From the NCBI GenBank assembly GCA_030373145.1, contig JAUCZK010000010.1:3679-67678 (forward strand): a stretch of DNA of 64,000 nt, given 5' to 3'. Both the position numbers and the translations under genes were made by a program. Below, piece after piece: positions 20,487 through 29,979 of this stretch. The stretch comes from Cyanobium sp. CZS48M (lineage in GTDB: Bacteria > Cyanobacteriota > Cyanobacteriia > PCC-6307 > Cyanobiaceae). The stretch's first letter is position 1. The number at the start of each line of letters is the position of its first letter. The notes below the pieces were generated by a model. That model was not told the origin of the DNA. It saw only the letters and a list, made by a program, of their open reading frames with translations, and did not search any database.

Positions 20487-21764
20487 ATGGCGGCTGACCA
20501 GGCGTGTTTTGTCTATGTGGTGCTGCCTGGCCAAACCCAGTTCGTCACGGCCGGGCGGTTTGAGCTCCAGGAGGATCGCCAGGGCCGCATGGTGGGAGCC
20601 TTCATCTACGGCCGTCGCTATCGGGAGCGACCTGAGGCTGTCGAACTCGACCCGGTGGAGCTGAGGCTGGGCGCACGCCCGTTTGAGACCGGCCGCATGG
20701 GGGGCTTCTTCGGGGCCCTGCGTGATGCGCTGCCGGATTTCTGGGGCCGGCAGGTGATCGCCCGCCACGGCGGATTGGGCGAGCCCAGCGATTTCGATCT
20801 GCTGCTGCTGGGGCCGGATGATCGCGCTGGCGCGCTTGGCTTCGGCCGCAACGTCGAACCTCCGGCACCGCAGCGGCGCTTCAACCGCACGCTCGATCTG
20901 GAGCGGATCCAACAGGCGGCGAACGCGATCCTCACGGATCAATCTCACCTGGCGGGCTCGGCCCACGATCAGGTGGACGAGTTGCTGCAGGGGGCCGGCA
21001 CCTCCATGGGCGGAGCCCGGCCGAAAACCACCGTGGAGCATGACGGTGCCCTCTGGCTCGCCAAGTTCCCGGCACCCAGCGACCGATGGAATCAGCCGAA
21101 GGTGGAGCACGCGCTGCTGCTGCTGGCGCGGCAGTGCGGGCTGCAGGTGGCGGAAAGCCGGCTCACCCGGGTGGGGGAGGCCGATGTGCTGCTGGTGAAG
21201 CGCTTCGATCGCGATTGGAGCGGTGATGGATACCGGCGTCACCGGATGGTGAGCGCCCTCACCCTGCTGCAGGCGGAGGACAGCACCACGGACCGGCAGA
21301 AGTGGTCGTATCTGCTGCTGGCCGATGATCTTCGGCGGGTCAGCGCCACTCCGGCTGAGGATCTGCGGGAACTGTTCACCAGTGTCTGCTTCAACGCGGC
21401 GGTGTCGAACCTCGACGATCACCCCCGCAACCACGCCCTGCTGGCCCGCTCCCGCCAGTGGCGGCTCAGCCCCGCCTACGACCTCACCCACGGCACGATG
21501 CGCACGGAAACCCGCCGTGATCTGGCAATGGTCTGTGGCCTGGAGGGCCGCAGGCCCAGCCGCTGGGCCAATCGGGACACGATCGTGGCCGGCGCTGGCC
21601 GGTTCCTTCTGGAGAAGGAGGAAGCGGAAGCGATCGCGGCCCGGGTGATCACCACCGTGGCAGCGGACTGGGAGGGTCTGCTGCGCAGCGTTGGCGTCAG
21701 TCAGGCCGACTGCGACTTCGTTCGGGGCGCTTTCGTGTATGGAGGGGTGGAATTGCCCGACTGA
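20487..21764 (+). CDS. HipA-family kinase toxin
   Basis: GTSMGGARPK, LAKFP, DDHPRNH, LSPAYD; N-terminal couple_hipA-like region. Confidence 0.9.
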   Translation: MAADQACFVYVVLPGQTQFVTAGRFELQEDRQGRMVGAFIYGRRYRERPEAVELDPVELRLGARPFETGRMGGFFGALRDALPDFWGRQVIARHGGLGEPSDFDLLLLGPDDRAGALGFGRNVEPPAPQRRFNRTLDLERIQQAANAILTDQSHLAGSAHDQVDELLQGAGTSMGGARPKTTVEHDGALWLAKFPAPSDRWNQPKVEHALLLLARQCGLQVAESRLTRVGEADVLLVKRFDRDWSGDGYRRHRMVSALTLLQAEDSTTDRQKWSYLLLADDLRRVSATPAEDLRELFTSVCFNAAVSNLDDHPRNHALLARSRQWRLSPAYDLTHGTMRTETRRDLAMVCGLEGRRPSRWANRDTIVAGAGRFLLEKEEAEAIAARVITTVAADWEGLLRSVGVSQADCDFVRGAFVYGGVELPD

Positions 21765-21821
21765 TCCCAAAACCGCCCCACTCCAGGCAGACTCCCCCCA
21801 TTGGCGCCTCCTGATTCCTCG

Positions 21822-23636
21822 ATGCCCGATCAGGAGCAACTGGACGACTTCCTCGAAGCCCTGGAAACAGCCGCCAGCCCCGCCAGAAACCCTGCCCTGC
21901 GGGAGGTGCTCGGCTGGGATGAACCCCTCTACGAGGAGGTGAAAGCGGAACTGGTGGCCAAGGGGATCGTGGTGCGCGGCCGGGGCCGCAGCGACAGCGT
22001 GTCGCTGGTGGGGGCAGAGCCTGTGGCGAAAGCAGTGCGACCGGCCAGCAAGGGCCGCAAGGCCAAGGCATCAAGCAACGGCACCGCCAACCTCGGCTTC
22101 GAGGCCAAGCTCTGGCTCACGGCCGACAAGCTGCGCAACAACATGGACGCGGCCGAGTACAAGCACGTGGTGCTCGGCCTGATCTTCCTCAAGTACATCT
22201 CCGACAGCTTCGAAGAGCACCGCGCCAAGCTGCTGGCCGGCGTTGGCGACTACGAAGGTGCCAACCCGGAAGACCCCGACGAATACAAGGCCGAGAACGT
22301 GTTCTGGGTGCCGGCCGAGGCCCGCTGGAGCCAGCTGCAGGCCAACGCCAAGCAACCCACGATCGGCAAGCTGGTGGACGACGCCATGGTGGCGATCGAG
22401 CGCGACAACCCGCGCCTCAAGGGCGTGCTGCCGAAGGACTACGCCCGTCCGGGCCTCGACAAGCAGCGGCTGGGGGAGCTGATCGATGTGATCGCCACGA
22501 TCGAACTCACCGCCGCCAGCGAGGGGGAGGTGACCCACCGCTCCGTGGATCTGCTCGGCCGCGTGTACGAATACTTCCTCACCCGCTTTGCGTCGGCCGA
22601 GGGCAAGAACGGCGGCCAGTTCTACACGCCGAGTTGTGTGGTGCGCTGCCTGGTGGAGATGTTGGAGCCCTACAAGGGCCGCATCTACGACCCCTGCTGC
22701 GGCTCCGGCGGCATGTTCGTGCAGAGCGAGAAGTTCGTGGAAAGCCACGGCGGCAAGCTGGGCGACATCTCCATCTACGGCCAGGAGAGCAACGCCACCA
22801 CCCGCCGCCTGGCGGTGATGAACCTGGCCCTGCGCGGCATTGAGGCCGACTTCGGCGCCGAGCACGCCGACAGCTTCCGCCGCGATCTGCATCCGGATCT
22901 GCGGGCCGATGTCGTGCTCGCCAACCCGCCCTTCAACGACTCCGACTGGTTCCGCCGTGACGACGACGTGCGCTGGCAGTACGGCGTGCCGCCGAAGGGC
23001 AACGCCAACTTCGCCTGGGTGCAGCACTTCATCCACCACCTGGCGCCGCAGGGCATGGCCGGCTTCGTGCTCGCCAATGGCAGCATGAGCTCCAATCAGA
23101 GCGGCGAAGGCGAGATCCGCCGCGCCCTGATCGAAGCTGACCTGGTGGACTGCATGGTGGCCCTGCCCGGCCAGCTCTTCTACAGCACGCAGATCCCGGT
23201 GTGCCTGTGGTTCCTGGCGAAGAGCAAGGCTGCCGACGGCCAGCGGGGCTTCCGCGATCGGCGCGGGCACACATTGTTCATCGATGCCCGCAAGCTCGGC
23301 AGCCTGATCGATCGGGTGCATCGGGAGCTGCTGGAGGCCGATCTGGAGAAGATCAGCGGCACCTATCACCGCTGGCGGGGTGCCGACGGGGCGGAAAGTT
23401 ACGACGATGTGCCGGGGTTCTGCAAATCCGCCACCACCGCCGAGATCGCTGCCCATGGCCACGTGCTCACGCCGGGGCGGTATGTGGGGGCGGAGGAGGT
23501 GGAAGACGACGGCGAGCCTTTTGAGGAGAAGATGCCACGGCTGGTGGCGGAGCTTGAAAGCCAGTTCGCTGAATCGGCCAGACTGGAAGCGGCGATCAGG
23601 GCGAATCTGAAGAACATGGGCTTCCCGCTTCGATGA
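21822..23636 (+). CDS. hsdM: type I restriction-modification methyltransferase subunit M, with N-terminal extension
   Basis: [27 protein letters not shown]. Confidence 0.95.
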   Translation: MPDQEQLDDFLEALETAASPARNPALREVLGWDEPLYEEVKAELVAKGIVVRGRGRSDSVSLVGAEPVAKAVRPASKGRKAKASSNGTANLGFEAKLWLTADKLRNNMDAAEYKHVVLGLIFLKYISDSFEEHRAKLLAGVGDYEGANPEDPDEYKAENVFWVPAEARWSQLQANAKQPTIGKLVDDAMVAIERDNPRLKGVLPKDYARPGLDKQRLGELIDVIATIELTAASEGEVTHRSVDLLGRVYEYFLTRFASAEGKNGGQFYTPSCVVRCLVEMLEPYKGRIYDPCCGSGGMFVQSEKFVESHGGKLGDISIYGQESNATTRRLAVMNLALRGIEADFGAEHADSFRRDLHPDLRADVVLANPPFNDSDWFRRDDDVRWQYGVPPKGNANFAWVQHFIHHLAPQGMAGFVLANGSMSSNQSGEGEIRRALIEADLVDCMVALPGQLFYSTQIPVCLWFLAKSKAADGQRGFRDRRGHTLFIDARKLGSLIDRVHRELLEADLEKISGTYHRWRGADGAESYDDVPGFCKSATTAEIAAHGHVLTPGRYVGAEEVEDDGEPFEEKMPRLVAELESQFAESARLEAAIRANLKNMGFPLR

Positions 23637-25120
23637 AGCGCAGCTTCTCCATCTTCGTGAGCAGCGTCCAAAAGGAGTTGGCGGCAGAACGCCGCGCCGT
23701 GAAGGACTACATCACGCGCGATCCGATGCTGGGACGGTTCTTTCCGGATGTTTTCCTGTTCGAAGATCTTCCAGCCCGGGACCAACGCCCCGACGGGCGA
23801 TACATCGGAGAAATCGACCGACGAGACATTTATCTTGGGATTTTCGGCCTGACCTACGGGGCAAAGGATCAGGATGGCTTGTCTCCCACCGCTCGGGAGT
23901 TCCAGCAGGCCACTCACGAAGCCCCCAACCGACCGGAACGGATCATCTTCATCAAGGGCCTCGACGACAGCGATCGTGAGCCAGACATGTCGAAACTGAT
24001 TGCCGATGCGGGTGCACAGCTGACTCGTCGCCGCTTTATCGATATCCCCAGTCTTTTGCGTGAGGTTTACAACAGCCTCGTCGATTTCCTGGATGAGCGT
24101 CACCTCCTGCGTACGCCGCCCTTCGACTCCGCCCCCTGTCCCGGTGCAACCTTGAACGACATCTCGGCGGCGAACGTCCGGGAGTTTCTCCGTCTTGCGG
24201 AAGAGAATGGACGCTTCCAGCCTGTCGGCCCCCGCACACCGGCGCATGTGCTGCGCCACTTCCATCTTCTCGCCGATGGACAACCCACTCAGGCGGGCAT
24301 CTTCCTGTTTGGCGACAGACCGGCACACTTTCTCCGCCAGACCCAGCTTCAGTGCCTCCAGTTCGAGGGAACCGAGAAACGCAAGCCGATCGCCGACCAA
24401 CGGGCCTTCGAAGGCTCGGTCTTCGAAACGATCGATGCCGCCCGCCAATTCGTCCTTGCCAAGCTCACGACGCGGGTCGGGCTTGCTGCCGCTGGCGCTT
24501 CAGCTCCGGTCCAACCCGAAATCCCGACATTCGTGATTCGCGAGGCCATCGTCAACGCCGTGGCCCATCGTGATTACACCAGCGATGGCTTCGTCCAGGT
24601 GATCGTGTTCAGCGACCGCGTGGAGATCTGGAATCCCGGCCGTCTTCCTGCAGGCCTCAGCGAAGACGACCTCCGCCACCCCCACGGCCCCCTGCCACGC
24701 AACCCGCTCCTGGCTGAACCGCTTTACCGTGCCGGTTATGCCGAAAAGGCCGGTTCCGGCACCACCGACATGATTGACGCCTGCCGCGACGTCGGGGTTC
24801 CTGAGCCCACCTTCAAGCAGCACGGCCCCCATTTCGTCGTCACCCTATGGCGCGACTGGCTCACCGACGACGTGCTGGCCGGGCTTGGCCTCAATGAGCG
24901 TCAGTTGAAAGCACTCCCCGCCATCCGGCGGCAGTCGCGATTTGCCAACAGCGACTATCAGGCGACCACGGGCACCAGCCGCGCAACCGCCAAGCGCGAT
25001 CTCGAGGACCTGATTGCCAAGGGACTGATCGTGCCGAAAGGGAGCGGCCGCGGCGCCTACTACGAGTTTGCCCGCAAACGGCCCAACAATGGCTCCAATG
25101 GCCCACCGAGGCAGGCGTGA
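23633..25120 (+). CDS. DUF4062 + HATPase_c_4-type ATP-binding + winged-helix protein
   Basis: [15 protein letters not shown]; [23 protein letters not shown]...EKAGSG; C-terminal [15 protein letters not shown]; ATGA overlap with hsdM. Confidence 0.8.
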   Translation: MKRSFSIFVSSVQKELAAERRAVKDYITRDPMLGRFFPDVFLFEDLPARDQRPDGRYIGEIDRRDIYLGIFGLTYGAKDQDGLSPTAREFQQATHEAPNRPERIIFIKGLDDSDREPDMSKLIADAGAQLTRRRFIDIPSLLREVYNSLVDFLDERHLLRTPPFDSAPCPGATLNDISAANVREFLRLAEENGRFQPVGPRTPAHVLRHFHLLADGQPTQAGIFLFGDRPAHFLRQTQLQCLQFEGTEKRKPIADQRAFEGSVFETIDAARQFVLAKLTTRVGLAAAGASAPVQPEIPTFVIREAIVNAVAHRDYTSDGFVQVIVFSDRVEIWNPGRLPAGLSEDDLRHPHGPLPRNPLLAEPLYRAGYAEKAGSGTTDMIDACRDVGVPEPTFKQHGPHFVVTLWRDWLTDDVLAGLGLNERQLKALPAIRRQSRFANSDYQATTGTSRATAKRDLEDLIAKGLIVPKGSGRGAYYEFARKRPNNGSNGPPRQA

Positions 25121-25151
25121 TCAATGGCTCACCAATGGCTCAAATGGCCCA
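25081..25151 (+). repeat. imperfect 25-bp direct repeat (25081-25105 / 25127-25151) with internal AATGGC(T/C)C units
   Basis: GCCCAACAATGGCTCCAATGGCCCA vs GCTCACCAATGGCTCAAATGGCCCA, 22/25 identical. Confidence 0.75.
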
Positions 25152-25504
25152 GGCCAGCCACCGGGGCGTGGGACCACCAGCCCTGCCTCGTCGCCAAACT
25201 GCACGCCCAGCTCACCGGGCCTGCGAAACTGGAGCTGGTGCGTTCGGTGTTTCGTCTGCATCCCGAGGTGATGAGCGCCACGCTGTTCGGCTCACGCGCC
25301 AAGGGCACCCACAGCGACCGCTCAGATGTGGACCTGGTGGTGGCTGGCGACATCGAGCCGCTCCGCGCCGAGGCGATCGCGGCCGAGTTGGAGGAGCTGC
25401 CGTTGCCGTATCGGTTTGACGTGCAATCCCTGGCCCACATTCAGCACCGCCCACTGCTGGAGCACATCCAGCGGGTGGGAATTCTCATCTATCCGGCGCC
25501 ATGA
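25124..25504 (+). CDS. minimal nucleotidyltransferase (MNT) domain protein
   Basis: LFGSRAKG...SDVDL (GS-x10-DxD), RFDVQ; no adjacent HEPN or substrate-binding partner. Confidence 0.85.
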   Translation: MAHQWLKWPRPATGAWDHQPCLVAKLHAQLTGPAKLELVRSVFRLHPEVMSATLFGSRAKGTHSDRSDVDLVVAGDIEPLRAEAIAAELEELPLPYRFDVQSLAHIQHRPLLEHIQRVGILIYPAP

Positions 25505-25620
25505 CGGTGATTCCCGCGATACCGAGGTTTGCCTGTGAACGGCATGGTCTGTTCGCCGGGGGAGAGAAACTTGGACAGGCCATCCAAGTCAACCTGAGGG
25601 GGCTGGGTTATGGAGGTTGA
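25501..25620 (+). pseudogene. vestigial C-terminal tail of a second hsdM, overlapping the MNT stop and the hsdS start
   Basis: MTVIPAIPRFACERHGLFAGGEKLGQAIQVNLRGLGYGG* aligns without gaps to the intact HsdM tail [30 protein letters not shown] (11/30 identical). Confidence 0.7.
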
Positions 25621-26896
25621 TTGGGAGGAAACAACGCTCGGCGAATGTGCAGCGTGGTTGTCTGGCGGAACGCCGTTCAAGGGCAACGAGGCGTTCTGGT
25701 CTGGGCCCATTCCGTGGGTCAGTGCAAAAGACATGAAGTCTTTCCGCCTTCACGACGCTGAGGACCACATCTCACCGCTCGCAGTCGGCAATGGCGGAAA
25801 GCTCGTCCCTGCTGGAACCATTCTCCTCCTGGTTCGCGGAATGACGCTGCACAACGACGTGCCGATTTGCATGGTCACGCGGGAGATGGCTTTCAATCAG
25901 GACATCAAAGCGCTCCGGCCAGCGAAGAATGTCGATGGTGCGTTTCTCGCCTACTGGTTGCTCGCCAATAAGCCTGAGCTCTTGGCGTCGGTGGACCATG
26001 CAGGACATGGAACCGGCAGGCTTGTCACCGACACGTTGAAGGAAAAGCACGTCCTTCTCCCACCCCTCGCCGAGCAAAAAGCCATCGCGGCGGTGCTTGG
26101 GGCGTTGGACGACAAGATCGAGTTGAACCGGCGGATGAACGCGACGCTGGAGGCGATGGCGCGGGCGCTGTTCCAGAGCTGGTTTGTGGATTTTGATCCT
26201 GTGCGGGCCAAGCTGGATGGGCGGCAGCCTGTTGGACTTGATCTAAGCACCGCCGCCCTTTTCCCCGGGCACTTCGCACATAGCGAACACGACATGCTGC
26301 CCGTCGGCTGGCGTCTCGCCGCCATAGAAGAAGTCTGCGCCATCAACGCATGGACGCTCGGCAAGAACGACGACTTGGAGACGCTCGAATACGTCGAGAT
26401 TTCCGAAGTGAATCGCGGCAACATTTCCAACATCTCGACCTACCAACGCGGCGAAGAACCGAGTCGAGCCCGACGGCGCCTGCGACACGGCGACACCGCT
26501 CTTTCCACGGTCCGCCCCGACCGAGGCTCTTACGTCCTCGTGCTAAATCCGCCAGAGAACAGGGTTGCGTCCACCGGCTTCGCCGTGCTGACGCCGACCA
26601 AGGTCCCGTGGTCATTTCTCCACGCCGCGCTGACGCAGCCGGAGGTCTCCGACCACCTCGGCCAAATGGCAGATGGCGGAGCCTATCCCGCTGTGCGTCC
26701 TGAAGTCATCGGAGCCATGCAGGTCGCACTGCCAAACGAGCCAGAGATTCTCGAAGCCTTCCACCGCACCTGCGCTCCGCTCTTTGAAAAAGCCGAAGCC
26801 AACCGCAGCCAATCCCGCAACCTCGCCACCCTGCGCGACACGCTGCTGCCGAAGCTGCTGAACGGGGAATTGAGCGTGGCGGATCTGGGGAATTGA
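25610..26896 (+). CDS. hsdS: type I R-M specificity subunit S
   Basis: Two TRDs; LPPLAEQKAIAAVLGALDDKIELNRRMNATLEAMARALFQSWF central region; LATLRDTLLPKLL tail. Confidence 0.95.
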   Translation: MEVDWEETTLGECAAWLSGGTPFKGNEAFWSGPIPWVSAKDMKSFRLHDAEDHISPLAVGNGGKLVPAGTILLLVRGMTLHNDVPICMVTREMAFNQDIKALRPAKNVDGAFLAYWLLANKPELLASVDHAGHGTGRLVTDTLKEKHVLLPPLAEQKAIAAVLGALDDKIELNRRMNATLEAMARALFQSWFVDFDPVRAKLDGRQPVGLDLSTAALFPGHFAHSEHDMLPVGWRLAAIEEVCAINAWTLGKNDDLETLEYVEISEVNRGNISNISTYQRGEEPSRARRRLRHGDTALSTVRPDRGSYVLVLNPPENRVASTGFAVLTPTKVPWSFLHAALTQPEVSDHLGQMADGGAYPAVRPEVIGAMQVALPNEPEILEAFHRTCAPLFEKAEANRSQSRNLATLRDTLLPKLLNGELSVADLGN

Positions 26897-26903
26897 ACTC
26901 ACC

Positions 26904-27890
26904 ATGGCTGGAACCAGAAAGCGCAGCAGAAGGGTTCACTCGGTTTCGGACGAACTGATTCACAAGTCACGTGAGGCGGCTCTCGCAGCCGTTCAAATCT
27001 TCAATAACCCACAGATCACCTTCAAATCGGAGATGTTTATCGTCCTGATGAACATCGCCTGGACCTACATGCTCCACGCCTATTACCGGAAGAACGGCAT
27101 AGAGTATCGATACTATGCGCTCAAGGGAAAGATACGGCGCTTCGACCGCACGGCAAAGGGTGCTTACAAATATTGGGAACTGGAACGGTGCCTTAACGAG
27201 AAGCTGAACCCGGTAGACCGTGAAGCGGCGACCAACCTTCGATTTCTCATCGGCGTTCGCCACGAAATTGAGCATCAGATGACGACAAGAATCGACGCAT
27301 CCTTCAGCGCAAAATTCCAGGCATGCTGCCTGAATTACAACGACCACATCATCAGGTTCTTCGGCGACGAGCACGCAATCGACAAGCACCTCTCGTTCAG
27401 CTTACAGTTCTCATCGATCACGAGAGACCAAGCTGCACAGCTGCAAGCGCAATCATCGCTTCCGCCACATATCAAGTCGTTCGTCGAAGGATTTGAGTCA
27501 ACATTGACTGATGAGGAGTTTAATAGTCCAAAGTTTGCCTACCGAGTTCTCTTCGTAGCGAAGACGGCAAACCGCAAGGGCCAGGCTGACGAGGTGATTG
27601 AGTTTGTGAAAGCCGATTCGGAGTTGGCGAGAGAAGTTAACCAGAAATACGCCATTATAAAAGAAACCGAACGCCTGAAACTCCGGCCGAAGACGATCGT
27701 GGACACGATGAACACGGAAGGATTCCCGAGGTACAAAATTCACCATCACACTCTGCTCTGGCAGGATAAGGATGCGAAGAATCCTGCCAAGGGTCTCGGC
27801 ACCCATGTTGAAGGGAGTTGGTTTTGGTATGAGCCCTGGCTTGAGCAGGTCAGGCACTACTGCAAGGCGAACGCTGGGCGTTTTAAATAA
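26904..27890 (+). CDS. DUF3644 domain protein (HEPN-like, RxxxxH)
   Basis: KSREAALAAVQIFN...FIVLMNIAWTYMLHAYY; VRHEIEH; lower GC than the flanks. Confidence 0.8.
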   Translation: MAGTRKRSRRVHSVSDELIHKSREAALAAVQIFNNPQITFKSEMFIVLMNIAWTYMLHAYYRKNGIEYRYYALKGKIRRFDRTAKGAYKYWELERCLNEKLNPVDREAATNLRFLIGVRHEIEHQMTTRIDASFSAKFQACCLNYNDHIIRFFGDEHAIDKHLSFSLQFSSITRDQAAQLQAQSSLPPHIKSFVEGFESTLTDEEFNSPKFAYRVLFVAKTANRKGQADEVIEFVKADSELAREVNQKYAIIKETERLKLRPKTIVDTMNTEGFPRYKIHHHTLLWQDKDAKNPAKGLGTHVEGSWFWYEPWLEQVRHYCKANAGRFK

Positions 27891-28528
27891 CGGTGCGTAC
27901 CAATGCTTTCATGGGTGTAAAGTGGCGAGCAAATATCATTCCAAGGAAGAACCGGCGTTTAAAATCGCCTGCGTGAGAGGTAGTGAAAATTGTTTTGGTC
28001 ACGTGATGGTCGCTGACAAGAAGCTAAATCATATCAATGGATACTCCCGCATTGCATACATTTAAGCGATCATGACGGCAATCCTTTGGGTGTCGGGCAG
28101 TGTGGCTGAGCGCGCGGACTACATTCCCCGATTAAGCGGTATCGAGCTTCCGAGGTTCGCATCATTGCCTGCCACCAGCTCAGGAATGGCAAGATGTGGT
28201 ATCGGCTAGGGCTTATCCCTCCTTCTTATCTTTCGCGAGCTTTTCGGCTAGGGACCACTTAACTATGACCAGACAGAAGGGAAGAACTTGGCAAGGGTTT
28301 GATTTATTCGCTCTCACCAGAGTTATTGTGATTTGGATAACGTCGCACGAGCATTGACGAATTCCTCATCAATTACGCCGCCCCCGGATGGTTCCAGGAG
28401 CAAGTTTATGCCATGCTTCCCAGCACCCAGATCGCACCCGGGGATTTCACCGCAGGAGTTGAGGTATTGGGCGATGGGTGCTGGAGGGGAGATCGTGCGA
28501 GGCATCCTGCAGCTGAATGCTGCCACGC

Positions 28529-28927
28529 TCAGGAACCTGCCGGCAAAATCAGCCTTGGCGCGAGATTGAGCTGCCGGATGCGGCGCCCGAAGCCGCGATC
28601 ATCAAACAACGACATGGCCTCGCAGCTTCAGCAGCTGGCATGGTGCAGCGCATCGGCCACGGCCTGCTCCAAGGCTGGCCGGTCTTCCGCCGAGACGCCG
28701 GGATGGGCCAGCAGGTGGTCGAACACCTGCAGCACCTGCTCCACCGGGAAGCCGTAGTACCCCCGCAGCACCGTCTCCAGCTCCAGGGCCACCGTTTTGG
28801 CCAGGAACAGCGGCTGGCCGGATTCGATCAGATCGCGGGCGGCCCGGCGCTGGCGTTCCGTGGCCGCATCGGCTTCGTCCTCCGCCACGAAGTAGCGGGC
28901 CAGCACATTGGTGTCCAAACCAATCAC
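28529..28927 (-). pseudogene. vapC: PIN-domain VapC toxin, inactivated
   Basis: IGLDTNVLARY...ADALHHASC then in-frame TGA (28628-28630); reading continues SCEAMSLFDDRGFGRR...LILPAGS*. Confidence 0.8.
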
Positions 28928-29172
28928 GGGCGCAGCAGGCTGGCGGGATCGAAGTCCGCCGGCACGGCTGGCCTGCTGGTCTTCAGCAATCCGAACCCGC
29001 TCTCCGGCAGTGGCTGCTCCGGCTTCCAGGGGCGCAGCTCGATGTGATCCCCCACCATCGCGAACGTCACGCGGCTGCCCCTGGCCAGCCCGAACTGCTG
29101 CCGCAGCGCCTTGGGGATGGTCACCTGCCCCTTGCTGGTGATCGAGCTGGTGACGGCTTCGGCAGACTCCAT
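28924..29172 (-). CDS. AbrB/MazE/SpoVT-family antitoxin (VapB)
   Basis: SSITSKGQVTIPKALRQQFGLARGSRV; GTGA overlap with vapC. Confidence 0.9.
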   Translation of the reverse strand: MESAEAVTSSITSKGQVTIPKALRQQFGLARGSRVTFAMVGDHIELRPWKPEQPLPESGFGLLKTSRPAVPADFDPASLLRP

Positions 29173-29197
29173 CGAAACTCACTCCCAGGGCTGGGTA

Positions 29198-29208
29198 TTA
29201 CCTGGTAA
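29198..29208. promoter_or_regulatory. palindromic operator upstream of vapB
   Basis: TTACC-T-GGTAA, about 26 bp upstream of the vapB start; typical of AbrB-type autoregulation. Confidence 0.45.
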
Positions 29209-29325
29209 GGCTAGTCGGGAGAAGCGCGCACGGGCTCGCGGCTGGATGGCGTGGTTCATGCGCATCAGCGCGGCGACGAGCCAGGGCTGATGACATCAGG
29301 CACACAGCCTCGCTAAGCTGGCCTA

Positions 29326-29619
29326 ATGAAGCCCTTCGTGTGGAGCGCCGCGAAAAATGCTCAACTCCTCGCCGAACGGCAGCTGTGCTTCGAGGCGGTG
29401 GTGGTGGCGATTGAGACGGGCGATCTGCTCGACGTGCAGGAACATCCCAACCAGCAGCGCTACCCAGGGCAGCGCATCCTCGTGGTGCGGCTCCATGGAT
29501 ACATCCACCTGGTGCCGATGATCGAAACCGAAGAGCATCTGTTTCTGAAAACGATCATCCCCAGCCGCAAGGCCAACCGCTTGTACACACCATCTTCGCC
29601 CGCTGGGCCTGAATCATGA
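29326..29619 (+). CDS. BrnT-like toxin
   Basis: FVWSAAKNAQL...CFEAVV...HPNQQRYPGQRILVV...LKTIIPSRKA. Confidence 0.8.
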   Translation: MKPFVWSAAKNAQLLAERQLCFEAVVVAIETGDLLDVQEHPNQQRYPGQRILVVRLHGYIHLVPMIETEEHLFLKTIIPSRKANRLYTPSSPAGPES

Positions 29620-29915
29620 CCATCCCCTCTTTGCCTGAACTGGAGCCTGAAGAGCAGCAGCTTCTCGCTGATTTCGAGGCCGGTGAACTGCGCAGTCTGG
29701 CCACGCCGGCTCTGCTGAGCCAACTCCAGGAAGCAGCGAAGGCAACGGGCTTAAAAGACCAGCGAATCAACATCCGCCTTTCCAGCGGTGACCTCCAGGC
29801 CATCCGCACCCGCGCCCTGCAGGAAGGCATTCCCTATCAAACGCTGATCAGCAGCGTGCTTCACAAGTACGTGAGCGGCACTTTGCCGGAACGAACTGAG
29901 GTGGGGCGAGATTGA
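29616..29915 (+). CDS. BrnA/CopG-like RHH antitoxin
   Basis: [14 protein letters not shown]...[15 protein letters not shown]; ATGA overlap with the toxin. Confidence 0.82.
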   Translation: MTIPSLPELEPEEQQLLADFEAGELRSLATPALLSQLQEAAKATGLKDQRINIRLSSGDLQAIRTRALQEGIPYQTLISSVLHKYVSGTLPERTEVGRD

Positions 29916-29979
29916 GCTGGCGGCCTCTCACCATGGCAGCTCGACAACAAGTGCAAAATCTGCACTGGTTGGATCCGAC

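Noticed and set aside
25610-26896. Phase-variable (shufflon-type) hsdS
   Set aside because: Only one hsdS, with no silent TRD copies, inverted repeats or invertase
28500-28569. AATLRNLPAK resembling an HsdS tail (LATLRDTLLPK)
   Set aside because: Too short, and partly explained by the vapC remnant on the opposite strand
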